A DNA stretch of 32,291 bases, taken from IMG/VR virus record IMGVR_UViG_3300045988_153208. The stretch is one strand, 5' to 3'. Every line of letters begins with the position of its first letter. Position 1 is the first letter of the stretch. Positions 16,154 to 24,052 of this stretch are shown piece after piece. Origin of the DNA: a virus. The notes beneath the pieces are model-generated. The model worked only from the letters and a program-made list of their open reading frames with translations. It ran no database searches and was not told the origin of the DNA. Position numbers and translations under genes: made by a program.

Positions 16154-17890
16154 ATGAATCTGTATGACGCCCTGACTACGGAAGATATTGACCTGATTCG
16201 TGCTTACATTGAGGCATATGGCGGCAAGAATGATGAATATGATGCGACTGGTTGTTATGTTCAGTCTATGCCGAACACGATGGCGCCGTGGGCAGAGGCT
16301 AAGGAGCGTCTCTATACGATGTTCGGTGAGCAGCTTATTCTGAGGAAGTCCTTTAACTTCTCTAAGGGCGTCGATGAGTTGGCCGATGAAATCAATGAGG
16401 CTCGTTATCGCAGAGATGGTAATGGTATCTCTGAGATGGACACTTTGATTCGTGAAAATTTCTGGCCTCGGAATATTTATTCCGCTTTGGGTCTGGATGA
16501 TGACCAGGCAGATAATATTTGTCGGCTGATTGATTCCTATATGCTGGCTAATAATTCTTGGAGCCGCACTGAGTTCACTGTGAATGGCGTTCGTGTGAAT
16601 ACTGGTGCTAAGGCTGTGAAGATTCTGGGTAAGATTCTCGCCACTTTTGAGAACCCTGAGTGGAACGAAATCTTTGAGCAGTTCCGCCTGGAACATTCTC
16701 GTATTCTCAATCAAAAGAAGCTGACTGGCGAACTGTGCCTGTCTATTCATCCTCTGGATTATATGACTATGAGTGATAACAACGAGGGCTGGGACAGTTG
16801 TATGAGCTGGCAGGCTTGCGGTGATTATCGTCAGGGCACCGTAGAGATGATGAATTCTCCTTGTGTCGTGGTGGCATATCTGCGGAATCCCGGCTATGAG
16901 ATGGACATTCCCGATGGTCATTGGAACAGCAAGAAGTGGCGTTGCCTGTTTGTTGTCGACCGCGATGTTATTGTTAATATTCGCGAGTATCCCTATTGTA
17001 ATGATGAACTGGTGGGCGAATGCCTGAATTGGTTGAAGAGCCTGGCCGAGAAGAACCTTCATTATCAGTATCGTGATACTACCTGTCGGTATCGCGCAGA
17101 TTGCGAGAATACTGTTCAGGTTGGCGAGAAGAAAATTCCTGTGAATTTTTCTACTGGTCATATGTATAGCGATTTCCGTTTTGAGCATCTGATGTATCTG
17201 AATACCACTCTGCCGGATAATATTAACATTTATTACTCTGGTGTGAGTGAGTGCCTGGGTTGCGGTAAGACTTCCAGCGGCTATGATGAAAGTCTCCTGA
17301 GTTCAAATGATTTGATTTGTCATAGCTGTAATGGCGATGGCGAGTGCGAAGAGTGCGGTCGTTATTGCGATGCTGAGGAATTGTATGAGGTTGAGGGCCG
17401 TTTGATTTGTCAGGATTGCTATGATAACGAGACTGCTGAGTGCCCCGTTTGTCAGCGTGAGGTTGACCTCCACAATGAAAAGTGTGAAGATTGGCGCGAC
17501 CAATTGCCTGACCCTGAGCGCCATTTCATCCGTAGCGATAATACATTTGAAATCGCATTCAATGGCTATATCACTCATCTTCACTTTGATACTCTGTGTG
17601 AGTATTGTGCTAAGAAGATTCGTTCTGGCGAAATCAAGGACTACGGCCCTGTTGAGCAATTTGTTGATAAGTGGAACATTTCCCATACCTATCTGGATTT
17701 GGAGAAGATGACTGAGGACGCTGTTCAGGACGTTATTCCTTGGAATGGTAAGGGCTGGATGGAGCACCGCAGAGACAATCCTAACCGCAGTTGGGTAAGT
17801 CTCAAAACAGGATATTGCGATTTTGATAAGGGTTATTTCATTGATGAAGACGGGAACGAAATCGAAAATCCTCGCAAAATCTTCTTTTAA
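16154..17890 (+). CDS. large hypothetical protein (578 aa), Cys-rich C-terminus; paralog of 21387..22850
   Basis: ORF track. Shares LCLSIHPLDYMTMS, WNSKKWRC, YPY and multiple CxxC blocks with the 487-aa protein. Confidence 0.7.
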   Translation: MNLYDALTTEDIDLIRAYIEAYGGKNDEYDATGCYVQSMPNTMAPWAEAKERLYTMFGEQLILRKSFNFSKGVDELADEINEARYRRDGNGISEMDTLIRENFWPRNIYSALGLDDDQADNICRLIDSYMLANNSWSRTEFTVNGVRVNTGAKAVKILGKILATFENPEWNEIFEQFRLEHSRILNQKKLTGELCLSIHPLDYMTMSDNNEGWDSCMSWQACGDYRQGTVEMMNSPCVVVAYLRNPGYEMDIPDGHWNSKKWRCLFVVDRDVIVNIREYPYCNDELVGECLNWLKSLAEKNLHYQYRDTTCRYRADCENTVQVGEKKIPVNFSTGHMYSDFRFEHLMYLNTTLPDNINIYYSGVSECLGCGKTSSGYDESLLSSNDLICHSCNGDGECEECGRYCDAEELYEVEGRLICQDCYDNETAECPVCQREVDLHNEKCEDWRDQLPDPERHFIRSDNTFEIAFNGYITHLHFDTLCEYCAKKIRSGEIKDYGPVEQFVDKWNISHTYLDLEKMTEDAVQDVIPWNGKGWMEHRRDNPNRSWVSLKTGYCDFDKGYFIDEDGNEIENPRKIFF

Positions 17891-17910
17891 CTGGTTCAAT
17901 ATAAAGTATT

Positions 17911-17951
17911 TTGATTTTTTTAAAAAAAAATTATATAATATATATGTAAGG
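17911..17951 (+). promoter_or_regulatory. sigma70-type promoter cassette copy 9
   Basis: TTGATT 17911-17916, 17-nt spacer, TATAAT 17934-17939, ATATATGTAAGG. Confidence 0.6.
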
Positions 17952-18001
17952 TAAAGGAAGACCTTACAACAAAAATAAATTTTTGAAAGAGGTATACAAA
18001 T

Positions 18002-18412
18002 ATGAAGACTACCGATCGCACCACTAAGCGTGATTTTTATGAGGCTATTATCAAGGCTATGGAGACTGGCGAGACTGATGTCGAGCCCACCAAGATTATC
18101 GAGTTCTGTGAGAATGAGATTGCCCTGCTGGATAAGAAGGCCGACAAGGCTAAGGAGCGCGCCGCTGCTAAGAAGGCCGAGGCTGACGAACTGATGGATA
18201 AGGTGTATGCCGTCCTGAGCGATACCGAGTTTATGACTCGTAATGCTGTGATGGATGCCCTGGGTGATATGCCCGAGGACGTGACCATCAGCAAGGTCGG
18301 CGCAAGATTGACCAAGCTTGTTAATAGTCAGGCTGTGGAAAAGTCTGAGCTGACTGTTGCGAACGCTGAGGGTAAGAAATCCAAGTGTATGGGTTATAGA
18401 AAATTGGGTTAA
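18002..18412 (+). CDS. hypothetical Lys/Ala-rich protein (136 aa)
   Basis: AGAGGT RBS. ORF track. Higher GC than its neighbours. Confidence 0.6.
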   Translation: MKTTDRTTKRDFYEAIIKAMETGETDVEPTKIIEFCENEIALLDKKADKAKERAAAKKAEADELMDKVYAVLSDTEFMTRNAVMDALGDMPEDVTISKVGARLTKLVNSQAVEKSELTVANAEGKKSKCMGYRKLG

Positions 18413-18446
18413 TCCCATAACTTTGAGTGTCAAAATTGATTAATTA

Positions 18447-18489
18447 TTCCTCCTCATATTTCATAGTAAATATGAGGAGGAATTTTTTT
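18447..18489 (+). terminator. 15-bp hairpin + T7 (terminator that also sequesters the RBS of the downstream HEG)
   Basis: TTCCTCCTCATATTT / AAATATGAGGAGGAA with loop CATAGT. The right arm contains GAGGAGGAA, the SD for the ATG at 18490. Confidence 0.6.
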
Positions 18490-19284
18490 ATGATTGGTAT
18501 TTATAAAATTACAAATAAAATTAATGGCAAGAGTTATATTGGATAGAGTATTCGTATTGAACAACGTTGGCGAGACCATCAAATGAGAAGTCAAACTTCT
18601 TTAATTCATCGAGCCTTAGAAAAATATGGTGTCGAAAATTTTACATTCGAAGTATTAGAACAGTGTAATCAAGCAGATTTAGACGAACGAGAAAAATATT
18701 GGATTACCTATTATAATACATTTGAAGATGGCTATAATTTAACTCGCGGTGGAGGAGAAGGGTTTAAATATGACGTTGAAGAAGTTTATCAAACATTTCT
18801 CCAATTGTAGAATTTAGCACAAACCGCTCGTAAAATAGGTTGTCATGAAACTACTGTGAGAAATATTCTTCGAACTTATGATATTAATTTATCTATAAAG
18901 CAAGAAGATAAACCAGTAGAATAGATTGACCCTAAAACATTGTAGGTAATTCGAGAATTTAAAACGGTCCAAGACGCCGCTGATTCAGTTAATTTAAATC
19001 GTGCCTCTATTTCTAAGGTTATTAATGGACATGGAATGACGGCAGGAGGATATATTTGGCGCGCTAAGGGAGATACAGAAAAAATTCTTAAAGATTCAAA
19101 TAAACGTTGGAAATGCCCAGTAGAACAAATGGATTTACAAGGAAATATATTAGCAGAATATGAATCAGCAGCAGAAGCGGCTAGACAAATAGGACATCCT
19201 GGTCGAGGACGCCAAATTATATCTGTTTGTAGAGGGAATAATATGACCTCTTATGGTTATAGATGGCGTTATAAAAAGATTTAA
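18490..19284 (+). CDS. GIY-YIG homing endonuclease with C-terminal NUMOD/IENR-like DNA-binding repeats (264 aa; 4 in-frame TAG read as sense)
   Basis: MIGIYKITNKINGKSYIG-TAG-SIRIEQRWRDH matches GIY..YIGQS..R..H with the TAG at the conserved Gln. NLTRGGGEG. Helix-turn-helix-like repeats downstream. No TAA or TGA for 264 codons. Confidence 0.8.
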
Positions 19285-19304
19285 TCGGGACACACCGATT
19301 CTTG

Positions 19305-19340
19305 AATGAGGTTAGGATTTAATTCCTAACCTCATTTTTC
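19305..19340 (+). terminator. rho-independent terminator
   Basis: AATGAGGTTAGGA / TCCTAACCTCATT around a TTTAATT loop, then TTTTT. Confidence 0.6.
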
Positions 19341-19423
19341 TATGGGTCTGCTCCGGGCGAGGTCGGAGACAAAGACCGAAAACCCAAATTAAAATATGGC
19401 TTACTAATTTTTTAACCAATTTA

Positions 19424-19452
19424 TTGACATATATTAAAAAATATGCTATAAT
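19424..19452 (+). promoter_or_regulatory. consensus sigma70 promoter TTGACA-N17-TATAAT (not of the cassette type)
   Basis: TTGACA 19424-19429, exactly 17-nt spacer, TATAAT 19447-19452. ATG at 19477. Confidence 0.6.
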
Positions 19453-19476
19453 AAAAACAAAAAAGGATTTATTATA

Positions 19477-20289
19477 ATGAGATATTGTTTGAAATATATA
19501 AAAAATCAATATATCCAAGAGGCTGATGAAATTCTATTCGCAGATAATCATGGTGATGATATGATTGACGCAATAGAGCAATATCCTCACGCTGATTTTA
19601 TTTATGAGGTCGTTGATGAGCCTGATTGGGATTATTTAAAAATGATTAATAGCAAACTAAATGAAACTGATCGGCGATTAATCATTTCTACTCTTTATTC
19701 TAAAATCGCCCAAGAGGCAAAAGAAAATGGATTGGCGTTTTATTTTTCATTTGCGATTAATAACTTCGCAGACTTACAAGCCGTGTGTGAATTAGGAGCT
19801 TGTTATGCGCTTATTACAGCTCCAATCTTTTTCGAGCAGGATAAATTGGAAAAATTTTCCATTCCACTTCGCTATCGTGCCAATGTTGCATATAGTGGTA
19901 TTTTGACTACAAAGCGCGTAAATGCGAATGCGGCATTTATTCGTCCTGAGGATGTAGACCTTTATGATTATGATACAACAACCATTGAGTTTGGCGCAAC
20001 CCATACTGAACAAGAAGAGGTTTTATACCGTTTATATAAATATAATAAGCGTTGGCCGGGCGATTTGAATATGGTAATTACAACTCTTAATGTCGTGCCC
20101 GCGCCGATGAATCGAATGATTGGGCCAGACTTCGGCAAGCATAGATTGAATTGCGGCCAACGATGCGTAGAAGGCGATACTCTTCAATGTCATTTATGCC
20201 ATAATCAGATGGCATTAGCAAATCCGTCAAAAATTAAGGATTATATAGACAATGTAATTTTACCAGTTAGACAAGAAAAGATAAATTGA
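19477..20289 (+). CDS. hypothetical protein (270 aa)
   Basis: ORF track. Low GC (about 35%). No recognisable motif. Confidence 0.6.
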   Translation: MRYCLKYIKNQYIQEADEILFADNHGDDMIDAIEQYPHADFIYEVVDEPDWDYLKMINSKLNETDRRLIISTLYSKIAQEAKENGLAFYFSFAINNFADLQAVCELGACYALITAPIFFEQDKLEKFSIPLRYRANVAYSGILTTKRVNANAAFIRPEDVDLYDYDTTTIEFGATHTEQEEVLYRLYKYNKRWPGDLNMVITTLNVVPAPMNRMIGPDFGKHRLNCGQRCVEGDTLQCHLCHNQMALANPSKIKDYIDNVILPVRQEKIN

Positions 20290-20326
20290 CAATTTTATTT
20301 AAATATTATATAATATTTATATAAAA
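20286..20326 (+). promoter_or_regulatory. sigma70-type promoter cassette copy 10 (degenerate: TTGACA, ATTTATATAAAATAAG tail)
   Basis: TTGACA 20286-20291, 17-nt spacer, TATAAT 20309-20314. Overlaps the stop of the upstream gene. Confidence 0.55.
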
Positions 20327-20346
20327 TAAGAAAGGAAGATTGATAG

Positions 20347-21387
20347 ATGCGAGTGATGAAAGACTCTGAGTATCTAGCATTTAAGCAGTTAGCTAAGCTT
20401 ACTCAAGATCAAATGATTAAGGCTATGCGTGCGGTGTTAGAGGCTCGTTATACCGATATTATCGCAACAAAGGAATATATTGTAGCCAAGGGAGATATTC
20501 CTATCGGATTGGTTGCCCATATGGATACAGTATTCCCGCTTCCTCCTACTGAAATTTATTATGATACTACACAGAATGTTGTGTGGAGTCCGCAGGGTCT
20601 TGGAGCTGATGACCGCGCAGGTGTATTCGCGATTCTTCAGATTTTGAAGACTACAAAATTGCGTCCGCATATTATTTTGACAACTGATGAAGAGAAGGGC
20701 GGATGGGGCGCATACGCCCTTGTTGAACAGCATCCAGATTTTCCGTTTGATGATTTGAAATATCTGATTCAGTTGGACCGCCAGGGCGCGAATGATTGTG
20801 TGTTTTATGATGGTATCAATGAAGATTTTATCCGTTATGTATCTTCTTTTGGTTTCGTAGAGCATATTGGTTCATTCAGCGATATTAGTATTCTGTGTCC
20901 ATTCTGGGATGTGTGCGGTGTCAATCTTTCTGTCGGTTATAAAAATGAGCATAGTCTCATTGAAACATTAAATATTAGCCATTTGTTCGATACCATCCAA
21001 AAGGTGAAGAGAATGTTAATGGTGAAGGAAATTCCTGACTTTGAGTGGAAGGAAAAATACTATCCTTATTTCACTAATGGGTATCCTCTGGATGATGACA
21101 TTGATGAGTATAGCGCGGCTTATGGTTATAATTGGGTAAATGATAAACGCTCTGTTGATGCTTATACAGTAATTTGTCATAATTGTAAGAAGCCATTTTA
21201 TAATTATGAAACATTCCCCACTAAGAAAATTGATGGTGGAACTATGTTCTTGTGCCCCGATTGTGTGGGCGACCATGCTAATTGGTGCGATTGTTGTGGC
21301 GAAGCATTTGAGCGTACACCGGAAAATGCCGGGGCTACTCTTTGCCCTGACTGTGCGAAAATTGAGAAGATTAAGGTTAAAGGTTAA
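20347..21387 (+). CDS. MH-clan (M20/M28/M42-like) metallopeptidase-like domain fused to C-terminal zinc-ribbon (346 aa)
   Basis: VAHMDTV (HxD), GLGADDRAG (GxxDD), TTDEEKGGWGA (EE) in canonical order. The last His motif is not evident. C-terminal CHNC...CPDC...CDCCG...CPDC. Confidence 0.6.
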   Translation: MRVMKDSEYLAFKQLAKLTQDQMIKAMRAVLEARYTDIIATKEYIVAKGDIPIGLVAHMDTVFPLPPTEIYYDTTQNVVWSPQGLGADDRAGVFAILQILKTTKLRPHIILTTDEEKGGWGAYALVEQHPDFPFDDLKYLIQLDRQGANDCVFYDGINEDFIRYVSSFGFVEHIGSFSDISILCPFWDVCGVNLSVGYKNEHSLIETLNISHLFDTIQKVKRMLMVKEIPDFEWKEKYYPYFTNGYPLDDDIDEYSAAYGYNWVNDKRSVDAYTVICHNCKKPFYNYETFPTKKIDGGTMFLCPDCVGDHANWCDCCGEAFERTPENAGATLCPDCAKIEKIKVKG

Positions 21388-22850
21388 TGAAGAGTTATAA
21401 TTTAGATGAACTAAAACAGCAAGTCAAACACGTATTAGAGTATAGTCAGGGTATTTATGATGTGAGTGAGGACGCTCTTGATAATATGATGAGTGAATGG
21501 GAGCGTAATAAAGCACGATTCATTAATGATTTTATGGGCGGCAAACTCATTGTGGAGTTGTCAGGCAAACGCTCCTTTCATTTGGGAGAAAAGGCAAAAC
21601 TCAAGAAATACAATGATTTTTTGGATTATGTTGTTCTGCGAATGAATAATTATGAGTTATGCCGATTTATTGAAGCGCAGGGCGAAGAAGGATTTTATGA
21701 GAACACCGTAAAAACTGGTTGGGACCATACTAAGAGTGATACATTTATTTCGCCGGGATCTAAACTAATACGAGCATTTAAATATTTCATTGAAGATAAG
21801 GATTTGCTGGAAACTGTTCAGAATGAGGCCAGTCGTATTATTCAAGGAGACTGTATCGAAGGCATTCTTTGTATATCAGTCCATCCTCTTGATTACCTCA
21901 GTTTAAGTGAAACTACATATAACTGGCGTTCTTGCCATGCTCTTGATGGCGAATATCGCGCTGGTGATTTGAGTTATTTGATGGATGGTAGCACATTTAT
22001 CTGTTATCTGAGAGGCGATGATAAACAAAACCTCCCTTCATTTCCCGATGATTTGCTCTGGAATAGTAAGAAGTGGCGTTGTTTGGGCTTCTTGGCTGAT
22101 GATGAAAATGGTATCATTATGGGCCGTCCTTATCCCTATGAGGCCGCAGATATTATTAATGAACTTCGTTGGGAAGTGTTTAATAGAGAATGGAATTTGG
22201 GCCTTGGTAGTTGGCGCGCAGACGCCATTCGTTCGGTTCAAGATCGCCTAACTAACTGGGATGAAGATTTGAATCGTACTTATATCCCTTGGAATGGCCG
22301 TCTTGTAGAACTTGATAAAACTGTTCATGATTGTCCAAGTCCTACTCATTATAATGATATTCTTTTATCCAGTTGTTATTTGCCTATTTATGCTCGTGGT
22401 AAAGGATATTTTGGCAAGAATGATTGGAAGAAGGTTCAGTATCATATTGGACACTCAGTAATGTGTATTCATTGTAATTCTGAGTATGTGTCTCCTGGTG
22501 ATGGCACGATGATGTGCCGTTCTTGTGAGATTAGATATGGCAATTCTGACAGTGATGATATTGTTTGTTGTGAGAATTGCGGTTGTCGTTTATGGTATGA
22601 AGACGCAATTGTTGTTGGAGACAATGGAAATTATCTTTGTGATGAATGTGCTAGTAGAATCACTAAAACTTGTAGAGATTGTGGTAATCCATATTACATT
22701 GATGATTTAACATATCATAAAGACGATGAAGATGAAAACGGCGGATATTATCTATGTGGATGGTGCGAGCAAGATAGGCAGGACACGGAAGAAATTGCAG
22801 AAGATGAATCTTCTACTACTACTATCAGTTTTGATGAGTTTGATCTGTAG
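21387..22850 (+). CDS. large hypothetical Cys-rich protein (487 aa; +32 aa if terminal TAG is read through to the TAA at 22949), paralog of 16154..17890
   Basis: TAATG coupling. ILCISVHPLDYLSLS, WNSKKWRC, YPY and CxxC blocks shared with the 578-aa protein. Ends in TAG. Confidence 0.7.
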   Translation: MKSYNLDELKQQVKHVLEYSQGIYDVSEDALDNMMSEWERNKARFINDFMGGKLIVELSGKRSFHLGEKAKLKKYNDFLDYVVLRMNNYELCRFIEAQGEEGFYENTVKTGWDHTKSDTFISPGSKLIRAFKYFIEDKDLLETVQNEASRIIQGDCIEGILCISVHPLDYLSLSETTYNWRSCHALDGEYRAGDLSYLMDGSTFICYLRGDDKQNLPSFPDDLLWNSKKWRCLGFLADDENGIIMGRPYPYEAADIINELRWEVFNREWNLGLGSWRADAIRSVQDRLTNWDEDLNRTYIPWNGRLVELDKTVHDCPSPTHYNDILLSSCYLPIYARGKGYFGKNDWKKVQYHIGHSVMCIHCNSEYVSPGDGTMMCRSCEIRYGNSDSDDIVCCENCGCRLWYEDAIVVGDNGNYLCDECASRITKTCRDCGNPYYIDDLTYHKDDEDENGGYYLCGWCEQDRQDTEEIAEDESSTTTISFDEFDL

Positions 22851-22968
22851 TCATTAAATACAAGACCTATATATTATATACACGATGAAAATGGCGAATG
22901 GATACCTATTACGCGAGTGCGTCAAATACCTCCGCCAGAAAGTGAATAATTATTTAAATATTTAAGGA

Positions 22969-23268
22969 GTGATTATTATAGCACGCGGAAGTATTGCTAA
23001 GGAAAATGTCGCTAAAATACTTGCCGAATCATTTGGTAAGGATTGGATTGGCGAGTCTGATAAGAAGTATTATGTTTGGGCTAATGATGGCGGTGAGCGC
23101 GTTCAAATCGCTATTAGTTTGACCTGTCCAAAGAATCCAGTAGGAGCCGCAATATCTCCTACAAGTAATGAAATCAATTTTGAGGCCGAGCCTGAGAGAC
23201 CTGTAATGGAGATTACTCCTGATGAACAGGAAATGATTGACAGACTTAAGGCTGAATTGAATCTTTAA
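22969..23268 (+). CDS. hypothetical protein (about 99 aa), start codon unresolved
   Basis: Protein-like open frame at about 40% GC. The only in-frame start is a GTG overlapping AAGGAG, and there is no ATG. Confidence 0.35.
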   Translation: MIIIARGSIAKENVAKILAESFGKDWIGESDKKYYVWANDGGERVQIAISLTCPKNPVGAAISPTSNEINFEAEPERPVMEITPDEQEMIDRLKAELNL

Positions 23269-23273
23269 TATAA

Positions 23274-23307
23274 TGAGATAAGTCATTTGACTTATCTCAT
23301 TTTTTTT
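23274..23307 (+). terminator. rho-independent terminator at the early/late boundary
   Basis: ATGAGATAAGT / ACTTATCTCAT with a 5-nt loop, then T8. Confidence 0.65.
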
Positions 23308-23315
23308 GTTATAAT
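23307..23315 (+). promoter_or_regulatory. possible extended -10 promoter (TGTTATAAT) for the AT-rich gene block
   Basis: TGnTATAAT immediately after the terminator T-tract. AAGGAG RBS and ATG at 23348. No -35. Confidence 0.3.
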
Positions 23316-23347
23316 TTAAATAGAATTAGATTATAAGGAGATTTAAA

Positions 23348-24049
23348 ATGTATAATCAAATTATTGAAGAATTAGAAGTTCTTAAATAGAATTTTGATAG
23401 TGAAGATATTGTATCATATCAATTACTTTTAATTAAAATTAAGAAAATTATTGATTTGATTAATGATAAACAACTTGAGGAAGCAGATAAAAGCAAATTA
23501 TCTAATTATATTCGAGATTATTTAGCAAGTTTGCATTTAAATAGAATTTTCACAATTTCTGATTTGAATGAATTATTTATTCCAGAAGTGAAAGATTTAG
23601 ATATTGGTAATAAAAATATTTATATTACAATTTTTAATTTATTCGTGGAAGAATTATCTGATGTAGATAATATTTTTTCTCAAAAACTTAAATACTGTAT
23701 TACAAATATGATTTCTAGAATTGCTGCTTCTGTAGATGAAACAATGGTTACAGAAGATAAAACTCAAGAAACTGTAATTAATGAACCTGTTCAAATTATT
23801 CCAACTATAAATACAGTAAATACTAATTCATTCGATTTGGATATTGATATTACTAATAAAAATTATTTGAAAGAATATATTATGCGTAAAAATTTAAAAC
23901 CTTACAGATGTGATATTTGTGGATTAAGTTCCTGGCAAAACAATCCTCTTATGCTATATTTATACAGTAAAAATCATATTTATTCAAATAAAAATTTAGA
24001 AAATTTGATGTTTTTATGCCCTAATTGCTATTCTCAGATTGGAGAGTAA
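23348..24049 (+). CDS. HNH-like endonuclease-domain protein (233 aa; 1 in-frame TAG)
   Basis: AAGGAG RBS. C-terminal CDICG...LYLYSKNHIYSNKNLENLMFLCPNCY resembles HNH (CxxC...H..N...CxxC) with Tyr where the last His normally sits. Confidence 0.55.
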
Positions 24050-24052
24050 TTT

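Larger units (their letters stand above)
18447..19340 (+). mobile_element. free-standing GIY-YIG homing-endonuclease cassette bounded by hairpins
   Basis: Lower GC than flanks. Bounded by two strong hairpins. Inserted between the unit of promoter copy 9 and a differently built sigma70 promoter. Confidence 0.55.

Noticed and set aside
85-20326. Ten dispersed near-identical 40-nt repeats considered as a CRISPR or MITE-like array.
   Set aside because: Spacing is 1-4 kb, orientation is uniform, and each precedes an RBS and ATG with sigma70 geometry. They are promoters.
22885-22965. 26-codon ORF MKMANGYLLRECVKYLRQKVNNYLNI between the 487-aa gene and the 22969 ORF.
   Set aside because: No RBS. 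It overlaps the likely TAG-read-through extension of the upstream gene in another frame. Too short to support.
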